Source: a virus (Duplodnaviria; Caudoviricetes). From it: DNA of 64,000 nt. The stretch lies in IMG/VR virus record IMGVR_UViG_3300013105_000843, positions 1-64,000 of that record; one strand, 5' to 3'. A program made the translations under genes and the position numbers. Positions 26,535 through 38,065 of the stretch are shown in pieces (position 1 is the stretch's first letter; each line of letters opens with the position of its first letter). The notes under the pieces were generated by a model, which saw nothing but the letters and a program-made list of their open reading frames with translations, searched no databases and was not told the DNA's origin.

Positions 26535-26984
26535 ATGAGCGAACGTATTCGTGCCGCGCTGGCGGCTGCCCCCAGACGTGGTCAGCTAGTGCGTCATACC
26601 GACGGCGGCATCTACCGGTTCGTCGGACTTTCACAGAGTACCGAAGACCAATCGCTGTGGCATCTCTACGACCACGTATGGCCGTTCGACGCCTCGCTCA
26701 TCCCGTGGTCGCGACCATCGGAACAGTGGGAGTCGCGTTTTGTCGTCATCAGCGAGAGGGACCTCGCCGAGGCCATGAAGCAGGACCGCTTTCAGGCCCA
26801 GGTAGCCATCCAGGAAGCAAAGGCGGCACGGCGCGCGAAAGCATCAGCACCACCCGAAATCGATTACGGCACCGCCCCACTGATGCGGGTGATTAACCGG
26901 CGTACCGGCGAAGTAATTCTGGACTCAGAGCTGGCAGGCGATGGTCCGGGTATGGAAACTCAGCGGGGAATCAAGCATGACTGA
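26535..26984 (+). CDS. DUF1653-like protein
   Basis: [12 protein letters not shown]...STED...WSRP. Confidence 0.6.
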   Translation: MSERIRAALAAAPRRGQLVRHTDGGIYRFVGLSQSTEDQSLWHLYDHVWPFDASLIPWSRPSEQWESRFVVISERDLAEAMKQDRFQAQVAIQEAKAARRAKASAPPEIDYGTAPLMRVINRRTGEVILDSELAGDGPGMETQRGIKHD

Positions 26985-29409
26985 AGTTCTCAATTCCGTG
27001 GACACCCACACCGAGACCGGCGTGGAAATGGGCGCCTACGCAGAGCGGGCCTACCTCGACTACGCGATGAGCGTCGTGATGGGCCGTGCGCTGCCGCTGG
27101 GCGCCGACGGCCAGAAGCCCGTGCAGCGCCGCATTCTTTACGACATGGTGCGCCTGGGGCTCCACGACAAGGCGAAGCCGGTGAAGTGCGCACGCTTCGT
27201 CGGCGACATCCTCGGCAAGTATCACCCGCATGGCGACTCGTCGGTGTACGACGCGGCCGTGCGCATGGCGCAGAATTTCTCGCTGCGCTATCCGCTTATC
27301 GACGGTCAGGGCAATTTCGGTTCGCGTGATGGCGACTCGCCGGCGGCGATGCGCTACACCGAAGCGCGCCTGACGCCCATCGCCGAGCTGCTGCTGGGCG
27401 AGTTGGACATGGGCACCGTCGACTTCGTGTCGAACTACGACGGCACGCTGACGGAGCCGCGCGTGCTGCCCGCACGCCTGCCGGTGCTGCTGCTCAATGG
27501 CGCCTCTGGCATTGCCGTGGGCATGGCGACCGAAATTCCGTCACACAACCTGACGGAGGTGGCGCTCGCCTGCGAGCACCTGATTCAGCATCCCGACGCG
27601 ACGCTCGAGGACCTGCTCGCCATTGTGCCCGGCCCCGACTTCCCGGGCGGCGCGCAGGTCATCTCCTCGCCGGAGGATGTCGCGAAGGTCTATGCGAGTG
27701 GTCGCGGTCCGCTGCGCACCCGCGCGCGCTGGACTGTCGAGCAGCTCGCGCGCGGCCAGTGGCAGATTGCGATTACCGAGTTGCCGCCCGATACGTCGAC
27801 GGCCAAGGTGATGGGCGAAATCGAGGCGCTGACCAACCCGCAAATCAAGGCGGGCAAGAAGAGCCTCACGCAGGACCAGGTCAACCTGAAGGCGCTCGTG
27901 CTGTCGGTGGTCGACCACATCTCGGACGACTCGGATGGCCAGCATCCGGTGCGCCTCGTCATCGAGCCGCGTTCGTCGCGCCAAAGCCCCGACGAAGTGA
28001 TGCAGGTGCTGCTCGCGCACACCAGCCTCGAGTTGAACTACGCAATGAACCTGGTCACCATCGGCCAGGATGGCAAGCCGCAGCAGAAAGGTCTGCTGCA
28101 GGTGCTCCGCGAGTGGGTCGCGTTCCGCTTTGAGACGGTGACGCGTCGCACGACGCACCGCCTCGAGCAGGTGAAGACACGCAGCCACATCCTCGAAGGC
28201 CGGCTGGCGGTGTTTCTGCACATTGACGAGGTCATCCGGATTATCCGCGGCGCCGAGGACCCGAAGGCCGAGCTGACGAAGACGCTCGGGCTCACGGACG
28301 CGCAGGCAACCGACATTCTCGAAATCCGCCTACGGCAGCTCGCGAACCTCGAGCGGGTCAAGCTCGAAGCCGAGCTGGCCGAGCTGGCCAAGGAGGCGGC
28401 ATTCCTTGAGGGACTGCTCGCCGACGGCGACAAGATGACCCGCCAGGTGCTGCTCGAACTCAAGGCCGACCGGGAAAGGTTCGGTGACGCGCGCCGCACG
28501 CTGATTGAAGCTGCGGGCCGGGTGACGACGGGCGCAGTGGCCGCGGCCGCCGACGACCCGGTAACGCTCATCGTTTCGAAGCAGGGCTGGCTGCGTGCGC
28601 GCACCGGGCACAAGGTCGACCTGTCCGCGCTGGGCTGGAAGGCGGGCGATGACGCGCTCGCGATTCTGGAGGCGCGCACCAACCAGACCATCGTGGCGCT
28701 TGACACCACGGGACGGGCCTACAATCTGTCGGCCGCGGCGTTCCCGACCGGGCGCGGCGATGGCGTGCCGGCCTCTTCTCTCATCGAGCTGAATGGCAAC
28801 ACCCTCGCACGCGTGTTCGTGCTGGATGCCGCCGCGCACTACCTTCTCAGCCACTCGGGCGGCTATGGCTTCCTGTGCCCGGGCAGCGAGCTGCAGACGC
28901 GCCAGAAGGCCGGCAAGGCCCTGGTGACACTCGAGAAGGGTGAGCAGCTGCTGCCGCCGGTGGCGGTGGCGCTGCCGGTCGAGGGTGACTCCGCCGGCGA
29001 GGCGGTATTCGCCTCGAGCGCGGGCAAGCTGCTGGTCTGCCCGCTCGCCGAAATGAAGGTGATGGGCAAAGGGCGCGGTGTGCAACTGATGACGCTCAAC
29101 GGCAAGGACCGCCTGACCGCCGGTGCGGCATTCGAGCGGCCCGTCGACACGCTGACACTGACCGTGCCGGCCGGAAAGGTGGGCGAGCTGCAGCTCGCGC
29201 CGGCCGACGTCGAGCGGCATCGCGGCAAGCGGGCGCGCGCAGGCGCGGTGCTGCCGCACAAGGCTGTGGTGAGCAACATCACGGCGACTCTCACCGATAC
29301 GTCGGCAACGGCCGGCGCCACACGCGAAGCGGCAGCAACCAAGCCAACGGCAGCGACGCAGGTCCAAGCGCCTCCCGCATTCGACTTCGGTGATTCGGAC
29401 GAGATTTGA
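26977..29409 (+). CDS. parC: DNA topoisomerase IV subunit A
   Basis: [27 protein letters not shown] (catalytic Tyr), C-terminal beta-pinwheel repeats. Confidence 0.95.
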   Translation: MTEVLNSVDTHTETGVEMGAYAERAYLDYAMSVVMGRALPLGADGQKPVQRRILYDMVRLGLHDKAKPVKCARFVGDILGKYHPHGDSSVYDAAVRMAQNFSLRYPLIDGQGNFGSRDGDSPAAMRYTEARLTPIAELLLGELDMGTVDFVSNYDGTLTEPRVLPARLPVLLLNGASGIAVGMATEIPSHNLTEVALACEHLIQHPDATLEDLLAIVPGPDFPGGAQVISSPEDVAKVYASGRGPLRTRARWTVEQLARGQWQIAITELPPDTSTAKVMGEIEALTNPQIKAGKKSLTQDQVNLKALVLSVVDHISDDSDGQHPVRLVIEPRSSRQSPDEVMQVLLAHTSLELNYAMNLVTIGQDGKPQQKGLLQVLREWVAFRFETVTRRTTHRLEQVKTRSHILEGRLAVFLHIDEVIRIIRGAEDPKAELTKTLGLTDAQATDILEIRLRQLANLERVKLEAELAELAKEAAFLEGLLADGDKMTRQVLLELKADRERFGDARRTLIEAAGRVTTGAVAAAADDPVTLIVSKQGWLRARTGHKVDLSALGWKAGDDALAILEARTNQTIVALDTTGRAYNLSAAAFPTGRGDGVPASSLIELNGNTLARVFVLDAAAHYLLSHSGGYGFLCPGSELQTRQKAGKALVTLEKGEQLLPPVAVALPVEGDSAGEAVFASSAGKLLVCPLAEMKVMGKGRGVQLMTLNGKDRLTAGAAFERPVDTLTLTVPAGKVGELQLAPADVERHRGKRARAGAVLPHKAVVSNITATLTDTSATAGATREAAATKPTAATQVQAPPAFDFGDSDEI

Positions 29410-29505
29410 GCGCATACCCTCCTCTTTGTCCCAGCGGATAGGGAGGAGGCCAACAAGATTGGCGCAGCATGCTGTGCCACCCTGTTTCTGAATCGTGAGG
29501 ACCAT

Positions 29506-30258
29506 GTGAATTTTCTGACCATGCTGGACTGGAGCGCCATCGCGAAAATCGTGATGCTCGATGTCATGCTGGGTGTCGACAACGCCGTCGTCATTGCGCT
29601 CGCCTGTGCGGCGCTCCCGGCCGCACTGCGGGTCCGCGCAATGGTAATGGGCACTGCCGGCGCTGTCCTCCTGCGCGCCGCCCTGCTTGCGGGAGCGGAT
29701 TATCTGATGGGCCTTCCCTACCTGAAATTGGTGGCGGGTGCGTACCTGCTGTATATCGGATTCAAACTGCTCGCCGCGGCCGAAGACGGTGAACCACATG
29801 TGAAGGCTGCCAACCGTGTATTCGCGGCGGTCTGGACCATCCTCGTGGCCGACTTCATGATGAGCCTTGACAACGTCCTGGCCGTGGCCGCGGCTGCGCA
29901 TACATCCGGGGCGCACAGCACTCTCTACGCCATTGCCGGCATTGGCCTGAGTATCCCCGTCATCGCGTTTGGCGCAGGCTTCCTGACGAAGGTGATGGCC
30001 CGCTTCAAAGCCATTATTTGGCTGGGGGGAGGCTTGCTCGGCTGGGTCGGCGCCGAAATGGCGATGGCGGACCCGCTACTGAAACCGTACTCCGACTTTA
30101 CAACGGTCACCCTCTTCGACCATGCCCTGCCAATTATTGAAGCGCTGGGTTTCGGCGTGGTCATCTTTGCCGCCCTGGTGTCCCGCCGCCGCGCGGCGGA
30201 CAAGGGTCCTAAGCTAGATGCGACCCGGGACGAAGTCAGCGCGCGTGTGACGTTTTAA
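29506..30258 (+). CDS. TerC/YjbE-family membrane protein
   Basis: DNAVVIALAC and ADFMMSLDNVLAVAAAA. Confidence 0.9.
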   Translation: MNFLTMLDWSAIAKIVMLDVMLGVDNAVVIALACAALPAALRVRAMVMGTAGAVLLRAALLAGADYLMGLPYLKLVAGAYLLYIGFKLLAAAEDGEPHVKAANRVFAAVWTILVADFMMSLDNVLAVAAAAHTSGAHSTLYAIAGIGLSIPVIAFGAGFLTKVMARFKAIIWLGGGLLGWVGAEMAMADPLLKPYSDFTTVTLFDHALPIIEALGFGVVIFAALVSRRRAADKGPKLDATRDEVSARVTF

Positions 30259-30432
30259 AGCGCGCGCACTGAACAGACCATCTCGAGACGCCTCTCGCGT
30301 TTTAAGCCCGCCAAGCGCGGGCTTTGCGCGCTAGGTATGCCGGTCGATATTGTGGAAAACTTCGCATGAGCTGGGCTACGCGTCGAAGCCGAAGAAACGG
30401 CGCAGCGCATTTGTGAAGCGGAGCTGGCCTGC

Positions 30433-31503
30433 CTAGCGCTCAGGGACGAGCTTGCGGGCAGCGTGACGCGTTGGAACTTGGGACGGCGTATTGAATTCGT
30501 CTTCGTAAATACGAGGGAACCAATCGTTGAAGGAAATAAATACAGTTTCCTCAAACGCATCCAGAAGCGTTTCAATTGGCATTCTCCAAATTAAACTCTT
30601 GAATGGCTGACCTTTCGCACTTCCAGACTTTTGCTCCAATTTAAGCCGGCCGCTAAGTATCGCTTCTTTTACAACTGAAAAATTACTAAAAAACGTCTCT
30701 CCGGTAGGTAAATTTACTGAAGAAATTACGTTCATTTTAGATTTATGCACCCATCCCAATTCGCCTGTCGTTTGATTGCAAATATTTTCATAAGCGTGGG
30801 AGCCAGAGTACCGTTCGGATTTTACATCTATGGCAATTTTCTTTTGCGCCGAGCCGCCTGTTCTTCCTCGCACAAGGATGTCAATACCGTCTTTCTGATA
30901 ATCGTTATCATTTTCCACATTCTCGACATGATGGGAGCCATGGACATGCTGTAGTAACATTGTAACCGCTCCGGCACCTTTATCGCCAATCAAAAAGCTT
31001 TCTTCTGTATTCCAACCTTTATGAGTGTTCAAGCGCGGCGGCCGACGTAGGGGCGTCGGTGTCAGACTGAAAACGAGGAACTCCTCCAAAAGAAGACGAA
31101 CTGGTGAGTCAGCGGATAAACCGCCGATATATCCAATTCTCGATTTCAACCAGGTGCAATATGCTGCGTAATCGCCGACGTGCACGCGTAGGGTTGGTGA
31201 TTTATGCCCCAACCGGGTACGATACGTCGCGATTTGCGCCTGCGAAAATCCATGCATTACTACGTACTGCTCATCATATTTGCTGGCTCGCATGTCGTCA
31301 GCAAGGTAGTTGAGCAGAGGTTCGATGCAGGGTTCGTTGAGGATAAGTCTCACCGGAATGACATGGCTCCCAAGACGCAGTAGAACGGCGCCGCACAATA
31401 CTTCGCCGGAGCGACAGTTCAGGGTGCCGACCCACCCCGCGTCGCGCGCCGGCGCGGCGAGGTCGAGCCCAGGTGGCGCGGGCACGGTAATGTGCGATAA
31501 CAT
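30433..31503 (-). CDS. Hypothetical protein with a C-terminal PD-(D/E)xK-like nuclease motif
   Basis: YQKDGIDIL...IAIDVKSE, markedly AT-rich. Confidence 0.6.
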   Translation of the reverse strand: MLSHITVPAPPGLDLAAPARDAGWVGTLNCRSGEVLCGAVLLRLGSHVIPVRLILNEPCIEPLLNYLADDMRASKYDEQYVVMHGFSQAQIATYRTRLGHKSPTLRVHVGDYAAYCTWLKSRIGYIGGLSADSPVRLLLEEFLVFSLTPTPLRRPPRLNTHKGWNTEESFLIGDKGAGAVTMLLQHVHGSHHVENVENDNDYQKDGIDILVRGRTGGSAQKKIAIDVKSERYSGSHAYENICNQTTGELGWVHKSKMNVISSVNLPTGETFFSNFSVVKEAILSGRLKLEQKSGSAKGQPFKSLIWRMPIETLLDAFEETVFISFNDWFPRIYEDEFNTPSQVPTRHAARKLVPER

Positions 31504-31672
31504 CGGCAGGGTCCGGATTCGGGTGACCGATAGTATATCTCATAAAGCGTAAAACGCAAGGTTGAAGGTCGGATGGCTTACCCTTTCGTTGTCAGAATTG
31601 CCATTGATTGATATAATGACGCCATTCTCACGAGGTCAACCGCCTCGCTCGCAACGCACCCTCATACCGCCC

Positions 31673-32167
31673 ATGAACCTGCTCGTGCTCGACGCCACCC
31701 AGCCCCATGTCTCCTTCGGGGTGTTCTCCACTTTCCCGTTTCTCGAAGAAGTCCTGACCGGCACCTTCCAGTGCGACAGTGACCAGCCGCTGTCTGTGAA
31801 AGACGCCAGCGGCCGCGAACTGGCGACGTTCAAGGTTCCCCCGGGACTGGGCGACGAAGCATGTCTCGCCTGGATGCTGCAATGGCTCGACAACCGCAAC
31901 ATTCGTATCGACGCGCTGGCGCACCGTGTGACGTTCGGCGAGCAGCGCGCCGGCGGCGGGCACGACCGGGCCATCAGCTTCCTGAGTAGCGCGTACCCTG
32001 GCCGGCCGCAGGTTGCCTGCCTTGTGCAGGACGATGGGCTGGCCAACCTTGCCATCGAGGCGATGGCCTCGCTCGCGCTGCCGCTCCTGGAATCGCTCGC
32101 GCTGCCGCGCCTGGCCGCGCGGGGTCCCCGCAGCATCGTTGCAATTGCGAGGCATTCAGCGGCATAA
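31673..32167 (+). CDS. Degenerate acetate kinase N-terminal-like protein
   Basis: MNLLVLD... and IDALAHRVTFG resemble the AckA N-terminus; much shorter than AckA. Confidence 0.45.
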   Translation: MNLLVLDATQPHVSFGVFSTFPFLEEVLTGTFQCDSDQPLSVKDASGRELATFKVPPGLGDEACLAWMLQWLDNRNIRIDALAHRVTFGEQRAGGGHDRAISFLSSAYPGRPQVACLVQDDGLANLAIEAMASLALPLLESLALPRLAARGPRSIVAIARHSAA

Positions 32168-32214
32168 AGTGCCTATACCTCCATGGAATTATTCAACGTG
32201 GAGGTCATAGACAA

Positions 32215-32607
32215 ATGCTGAAACTGAAGCACATCAACGCCCTGAACCGTTTTGCCCTGCTCTACGGTTACGGCTGGCGTCGTCGACTGCTGGCGTCGCT
32301 GGAACACGGCGAGGAGATGCCGGCGCGCACCTCAGAGCATGACGCGGGGTTGCTGCGGGAGCTGTTTGCCACCGCCGGCAAGGGCCTCATCGAGAAGTTC
32401 AAGCCGCTCGAGGGCGGGTACGGGAAGGTGGCGTATCTGCGCAAGGACCACATGGAGCGTTTCAACACGCTCCGCGCGTGGGTGGTGAACGCCTGGCGGT
32501 TGGTGGACGCCGACGGCAGGGACATCATTCAGCCGTGGTCGCACACGAGGACGGAGGCGCGCAAGACGGCGGGCGCCAACAGCATCTTCCTCATCGAGGA
32601 CATCTGA
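32215..32607 (+). CDS. Hypothetical protein
   Basis: GGAGG RBS, 130 aa. Confidence 0.7.
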   Translation: MLKLKHINALNRFALLYGYGWRRRLLASLEHGEEMPARTSEHDAGLLRELFATAGKGLIEKFKPLEGGYGKVAYLRKDHMERFNTLRAWVVNAWRLVDADGRDIIQPWSHTRTEARKTAGANSIFLIEDI

Positions 32608-32647
32608 GGTAGTCAAGCGGCGCGTGCCGTATCACAACTCCATGCAC

Positions 32648-32681
32648 GAGGGCGAACCACTGGTTCGCCCTCTTTTTTCTT
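32648..32681 (+). terminator. Intrinsic terminator
   Basis: GAGGGCGAACCA/TGGTTCGCCCTC followed by a T run. Confidence 0.8.
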
Positions 32682-32702
32682 CCGGGTCGCGCTTACCTCG
32701 CG

Positions 32703-33128
32703 TCAGGCGCTCGGCCACTTACCCGGGGCAGGCACTTCGCACGGGCCTTCGACGCCGATGCTCGTGAAGTCGGCCGGGCCGACGATTTCGAGATATTCCA
32801 TGTCGGGCGAGTAGTCGAACAGGAAGTGGCGGATGCCCGGACGCTGGTGGACGCAGTCGCCCGCCGCGACCAGCGTTTCCTGGTCTTCGTACATGAATCG
32901 CGCCCAACCCTTAAGCATGTACACGATGTGGAATTGCGCGCCGTGGATGTGCCAGCCGGTGCCGTGTTCCGGCGCCTCGTTCGCTCGCACCAGGTGCGCG
33001 ATGACCTTGCCGTTGGTCGCCTTCGCGATACCCAGGTCGCGGTACACGAAGAAATCGCGCAGGCCGCCGGCCACGAACGGGGTGCTGTCGGTCTTCACGT
33101 GGGAAAAAGTTGTCGTCTCTTCAGCCAT
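32703..33128 (-). CDS. Cupin domain protein
   Basis: GWHIH...YMLKGW...AGDCVHQRPGIRH. Confidence 0.9.
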   Translation of the reverse strand: MAEETTTFSHVKTDSTPFVAGGLRDFFVYRDLGIAKATNGKVIAHLVRANEAPEHGTGWHIHGAQFHIVYMLKGWARFMYEDQETLVAAGDCVHQRPGIRHFLFDYSPDMEYLEIVGPADFTSIGVEGPCEVPAPGKWPSA

Positions 33129-33214
33129 TTTTGAGTCTCTCTGTTGGGGCGGCTTGTCCAGCCAGGATAACCGGGGCAAATCATCGGTTCGCCCGCCTTC
33201 GGTGTCCGTCCGTG

Positions 33215-33853
33215 TCACCCGCCGTTGACCAGGACACGCAGGCCAGCGGCGAATTCGTTCGCGCCGCCGTTGGCCGGATGCCGAATCTGGCCGGCGGTAC
33301 GAATGTCCATCCGGTGCAGGAGCTGCTCGGCCTTGCGTCCTACCGCCACGACCTTCGCGTGCGGGAAGGCCTGCACGAGCACGGCCATCGCGGCACGACC
33401 CAGCTGCAGCTCCGAGTCGGTCGGCGTGCGGTTCGAGTCGGGGTCGCCAGGTTTGAACGGGTGCATCGGCAGCGCGTTCCAGAGGACGGTGCGCTCGGCT
33501 ATCCCGAGGTGTTTCAGCGTCTTCCAGACAATGGTGGCGCTCGGCTCGCTGTACGGCAGGCGGCGCGTCGTCAGCCGGCCGGCGGGAACCGGCACGCGCG
33601 GAATCGCGCCGTCAAGCAGGAGCCGCTCGCTCGTGAAGGCGATGGCGCTGCGGCGCATCCCGAGGTAGCCGCTTGCTTCCCCCACCACCAGGAATTCGGG
33701 GTGGCAGTCGAAGTGGGCGGCCAAGCGCGCGAGCCGCGCGTTCGCGTCGTTGAGCGCCGTGTCCCCCGGGCACGGGTCCAGCCAGGGGTTGAAGAGCCCC
33801 GGCGTGCCGGTGGGCAACGTCGAGACGAGCCTGTCTACGAGCGCGCGTGCCAT
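33215..33853 (-). CDS. Uracil-DNA glycosylase superfamily protein
   Basis: VVGEASGY, FTSE, EPSATIVW, WNALPMHP, RHPANGG. Confidence 0.85.
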   Translation of the reverse strand: MARALVDRLVSTLPTGTPGLFNPWLDPCPGDTALNDANARLARLAAHFDCHPEFLVVGEASGYLGMRRSAIAFTSERLLLDGAIPRVPVPAGRLTTRRLPYSEPSATIVWKTLKHLGIAERTVLWNALPMHPFKPGDPDSNRTPTDSELQLGRAAMAVLVQAFPHAKVVAVGRKAEQLLHRMDIRTAGQIRHPANGGANEFAAGLRVLVNGG

Positions 33854-33864
33854 GCTGCCCTCGC

Positions 33865-34773
33865 TCAGAAGCGAATCGTGACCGCCACGCCAACTTCGCG
33901 CGTACGGCTCTTCGATTCAGTCATCGCGTTCGCGCCGCTGGACGACACGTGCCACATGCGCGCGTACGGCGTGAACACCAGGTCACGGCCGCCGCTGTGG
34001 TACGTGATATCGACCGCCGCTTCGGCGCCGAAGCCGTGCTCGCTGACACTGGCGCCGTTACCGAGGTCAGAATACTGCCGGCCAAGAATGATGTGGCGGT
34101 ATTCGAGCCGCGGCGTGACCGTCCAGGCTTGCGCGAAACGGAACGGACGCGCGACGCCCAGGCTCGCGTAGACGCGGTGATTACGACGGAAATACTGGCC
34201 CGACCGGGCAACGCCTGAGTCGTCGAGCATCCGGTAGCCCACCCCGACGAGCAGCGCGGTCTGATAGAAGCCCGTCTGCCACTTGTAGCGCGCGTCGGCA
34301 ATGAGCATCGAGCGGTCCAGGCCGTCGACGCTGACCGAATGCTCCGGCGCGCCCGCGACCGGGCCGGAATAGCTGCTGGTGCCGCGGAAGTACGACACGC
34401 TGCCGGCAATCTCGTCACCGTTATGCAGCGTCTGCGCTACGCCGAGCTTTACGCCCGGCAGCACGGCTTCATACTTGTGCTGGCCATCGGCGCCGTCCGT
34501 CTCGTAGGATTCGTGCTCGACCGCCGCGCCGACTTCGACGCGCAGGCCAGGGGTCACCGATGCCGCAGCCGACGTCGGCGTGGGCGTGTCCGGGATATCC
34601 AGGTTCGAGGCCGGCCAGTCCTTCAGCGGGGCCTTCTGCCAGACCGGCTCCGAAGGTTGCGCCTGCTCGGGCGCGGGATACGAGCTGAAAGTAAACGTCG
34701 ACCCCTCGGCGAAGGCCGAGCCGGCGGACAGCAGTGCGGCCGCGGCAGCCGCCGCGATTGCGAGCTTCTTCAT
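33865..34773 (-). CDS. Outer-membrane beta-barrel protein
   Basis: Signal peptide, amphipathic strands, C-terminal Phe. Confidence 0.75.
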   Translation of the reverse strand: MKKLAIAAAAAAALLSAGSAFAEGSTFTFSSYPAPEQAQPSEPVWQKAPLKDWPASNLDIPDTPTPTSAAASVTPGLRVEVGAAVEHESYETDGADGQHKYEAVLPGVKLGVAQTLHNGDEIAGSVSYFRGTSSYSGPVAGAPEHSVSVDGLDRSMLIADARYKWQTGFYQTALLVGVGYRMLDDSGVARSGQYFRRNHRVYASLGVARPFRFAQAWTVTPRLEYRHIILGRQYSDLGNGASVSEHGFGAEAAVDITYHSGGRDLVFTPYARMWHVSSSGANAMTESKSRTREVGVAVTIRF

Positions 34774-35029
34774 GTACAGTCCTCTATCGTGTATGGTGCC
34801 TCATAGACGGATGCACGCCAGATGGTCGTCGCCCGCCGCGGAGTAGCAGTAATATACGTAGAAATAGCATATTCGTCAACGCGAAAGCGAAAATTTTGGT
34901 TTGGAGCCCGTGGAGTGGCTGATGTTCGAGGCATGAGATATTGTCTTGTTGCAATATAATAGGTATACTAATCTCGCCTCAACCTATCTCAATCCGGCCT
35001 GAGGGCCATTCCGAGCGGGGACTTTACCG

Positions 35030-35437
35030 ATGAATCCAGTCATGGCGGCGCTGGCGCCGTTCTGGCACGCGTGGCGGGTGCTCACGTTCAGACACACCGC
35101 GAAGGGCCTGCCGACCAAGGTCAATTTCGACTTCATCACGCTCGCCGCCTTGGGCGCGGCTATTGGCACCGCGCGGTGGAGCATCGGCAATCACAGCATT
35201 CCGCTCGTCACGTTGCTGAGTTACTGCTTCTGGCCGCTCGTCTTCTGCCGGACCATACCTGTCCCTCGCATGGTCGTGGTGCTTCTGGCACTCCTGGGCA
35301 CCGACCTCATCGCCCTCGCGCTGGCGCTGTGCGGGCTCGACACGTCGAACGGCCTCCTCTACAGGGTATTCCTCGTCTGGAATGTCAGCGCCGGCATCGT
35401 CGGGACACGCAACATCGACCAGGCGAAAAAATCATGA
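35030..35437 (+). CDS. Hypothetical membrane protein
   Basis: About four hydrophobic segments. Confidence 0.65.
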   Translation: MNPVMAALAPFWHAWRVLTFRHTAKGLPTKVNFDFITLAALGAAIGTARWSIGNHSIPLVTLLSYCFWPLVFCRTIPVPRMVVVLLALLGTDLIALALALCGLDTSNGLLYRVFLVWNVSAGIVGTRNIDQAKKS

Positions 35438-35961
35438 CCACCTCCTCTTCCATTGCCGTGAGTTCCAATCGGCTAGCCGGCAGGCCCAGCGGGTCGTGCG
35501 CGTATGCACGGTCTGCCGGTGCGTACACGGTCTACACCGACGGCGGCTGCCGTCCAACCAACCCGGGGCCGGCCGGATGGGGCATCATCGTCGTCGACGG
35601 TGGCACGGTCATCGAGGAAGCCGGTGGATTCATCGGCCACGGCACCAACCAGATAGCCGAGCTTGAAGCAGCCATCCAGGGGCTGCGCCGCACGCCGGAA
35701 GGCGCGACCGTCGAGCTGGTGTCGGACAGTGAGTACGTGCTCAAAGGTCTGTCGGAGTGGCGGCGTGGATGGGAGGGTCGAGGCTGGCGCACGGCCGCTG
35801 GCAAGCCGGTCGCAAACAAGGACCGGTGGCAGCTGCTGTTTGCGCTGGCGGACAAACGCACCGTGCGAACGCGCTGGGTGAAGGGGCACAACGGGGACGC
35901 CTTCAACGAACGCGCCGACGGGCTGGCCACCAAGGCCATCACGACTCGGGAAGGAGCCTGA
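35434..35961 (+). CDS. rnhA: Ribonuclease HI
   Basis: YTDGGC..NPGPAGWG, TNQIAEL, DSEYV, WVKGHNG..NERADGLA. Confidence 0.95.
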   Translation: MTTSSSIAVSSNRLAGRPSGSCAYARSAGAYTVYTDGGCRPTNPGPAGWGIIVVDGGTVIEEAGGFIGHGTNQIAELEAAIQGLRRTPEGATVELVSDSEYVLKGLSEWRRGWEGRGWRTAAGKPVANKDRWQLLFALADKRTVRTRWVKGHNGDAFNERADGLATKAITTREGA

Positions 35962-35962
35962 G

Positions 35963-36496
35963 ATGGGCTGGAAAAATGTCAAGGAACACTACCGCATCGG
36001 ACATATCGTCCGAATGAGCGGGGAAGAAATTCACGTCGGCTCGCCCTACATCTCCGATATTCTGGTAATCAACCAGAAAGGCGAACTGCTGAAGCGCTAC
36101 GACGGTTGGGATGAAGACCTGGCGCGGTATCAGCGCGAAATGGAAGCGGACCCGCAGCGGCTGCGCCAGCTGATTGAAGCGCCCGACACGTTCGGAAGCC
36201 TGACCACCGTGTACACCTACGCGGGTGCGGAGATTATCGAGAAATTCTGCGAGGCACCGGGTTGGCCAAACGTCACGAGCGACGGTGAATTGATGTATGA
36301 CAATGCGTTCTCCACCGACAAGCAGAAGGTCGTCTTGTGGGCGAAACGGTACGCATCTTCAGGGGCGGCCCACTATCGTCGTGATATCGCGGCGGTCGAG
36401 CTGCAGCTCCAGACTTTGAAGACGCGGCTTGCCGAGTGCGAATCGGACCGAGCCGCGCTTGACGCCCGCTATCCGAACGTCTTCATCGAGAACTGA
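35963..36496 (+). CDS. Hypothetical phage-like protein
   Basis: MGWKNVKEHYRIGH, coupled to rnhA. Confidence 0.75.
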   Translation: MGWKNVKEHYRIGHIVRMSGEEIHVGSPYISDILVINQKGELLKRYDGWDEDLARYQREMEADPQRLRQLIEAPDTFGSLTTVYTYAGAEIIEKFCEAPGWPNVTSDGELMYDNAFSTDKQKVVLWAKRYASSGAAHYRRDIAAVELQLQTLKTRLAECESDRAALDARYPNVFIEN

Positions 36497-37234
36497 CATG
36501 GGTGAAGCGAAACGACGCGGCACGCGAGCAACGCGTGGCCAGCGCGCCGCCGCGTGAGCCCAGGATGGGTGCAGAGGAGCGCCGCCGCATGCACATGGAA
36601 GTCATGAGCCAAGTGCTCGCGCAGGTGCTGACGCCAGTCCTTACTGCCCTGCAGCCGCGCTCTCGAGCCCCGATGCCGAAGGCAGAGCAAGAATAGCGTT
36701 GCCGCGCCAGCGGATGACGAGACTGGCTGGCCGCGCGTCGGCGAGCAGCACGTGGTGCCGGCCGGGTGGCATCAGCATTGACATCGAAAGGACCAGGGCC
36801 AGGGCGATACGGGTGATACACATTGCAACCTCCTGTTGCGAATGAAGTTGCTTCGTGTAGCCCGGCTTTTTAGTCCCCCTACTGTGACCCTGGTTATTCG
36901 TGGTCTCGATGCAGACCCCTACTTCTCAATCACCACGAGCTGGCTGCGCGGCAGCCATTCGGTTCCGTTTCGCGGCCAACGTACGAGCACCTGGCCAAAC
37001 GAACCCACTTCAACGACGACGCCATCGCAATTGACGGGGGCGCCGAAGCGTACGTGGTTGACGCGCGTACCCGGCGCGATAGGCGGAACTGGTTCGGTGA
37101 ACCACGACAGGATACGGGCGAGAAGGAAGCTCACGGCTGACTCCAGACTTGGGGTGGCCGTATAGCGCAATCACGTTGGCATGAGCAAAGTTTCTCGGGA
37201 AATCGAACAGTGGGCCCGCGGACCTAACGAAAAT

Positions 37235-37507
37235 TTATCCGGATTGTTCTGTGGTCGGGCCGCCTCGGCGGACCAGCTTGAGGTTTGGGTGCTGGTTCGT
37301 CAGCAGCAGGAAAAATTCCCAGGTCGCGAGGGGTATCGCACGATGGTCCGCGCTGTCCAGCGACGCTTCGTAACGCTGCCAGGTGCGGTAGCCTTTCGAG
37401 CCGGCATCGGATACCAACTGACTGGCTTCAGTTTGAGATAGACCGGCCGCCTTCCGAGCAGTCCTGACTTGCTCGGGAGATGGCTGCGGCAGCTTATTGC
37501 GCTTCAT
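37235..37507 (-). CDS. XRE-family HTH regulator
   Basis: VRTARKAAGLSQTEASQLV...RTWQRYE. Confidence 0.8.
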   Translation of the reverse strand: MKRNKLPQPSPEQVRTARKAAGLSQTEASQLVSDAGSKGYRTWQRYEASLDSADHRAIPLATWEFFLLLTNQHPNLKLVRRGGPTTEQSG

Positions 37508-37562
37508 GATGTGCGGGCAGCGTGCGTTCTCGCGTCGAACGACATCTGCTAGGCTCCCGGTC

Positions 37563-38054
37563 TCAGTCGGACACTGCGTCGGTGGCGCGGGCACAAGCTG
37601 CGCCGAGCCTGGTAAATTCCGCTTCGTCACCTATGCGATGTACGACGCCTTTCTTGACCAGGCCAGCGACGGCCCGGCCTTCCGTGTGGTCGATTCCCAC
37701 TCGCTTGCCTGCCTCGAGCTTCCCTTCGGCCGCTTCGAGTGCACCGCGCACGAACGCTTGCTCCCCTGGCGACAGCTTGACCTTTTTTGCCTCGAGAGTC
37801 AGAAGCACGTCCTCAATCGAGCCTTGGTCGTGTACGCTCTTGGCCCACGACGCGAAGGTCTCGAGGCTCACAACTGCTATCTCGCCGATACGCGACTTCA
37901 TCGCGCGCGTCTTGTAGTCGTACTCTTGCGTCTGTTTGGCGGCCAACAGCTTGTATTTCACGCGCAGCGGCCCTCCTTCGATAGCAAGCACTTCACGCAC
38001 GCCCTCTTTAGCGTCGTGGTAGTACTTTCCAACCTGGATTTCATTCACCTTCAT
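37563..38054 (-). CDS. Hypothetical protein
   Basis: 163-aa ORF in a minus-strand run. Confidence 0.7.
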   Translation of the reverse strand: MKVNEIQVGKYYHDAKEGVREVLAIEGGPLRVKYKLLAAKQTQEYDYKTRAMKSRIGEIAVVSLETFASWAKSVHDQGSIEDVLLTLEAKKVKLSPGEQAFVRGALEAAEGKLEAGKRVGIDHTEGRAVAGLVKKGVVHRIGDEAEFTRLGAACARATDAVSD

Positions 38055-38065
38055 GATTTTTCTCG

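Noticed and set aside
28330-29916. 528-aa minus-strand ORF
   Set aside because: It is a shadow frame of parC and terC in high-GC DNA.
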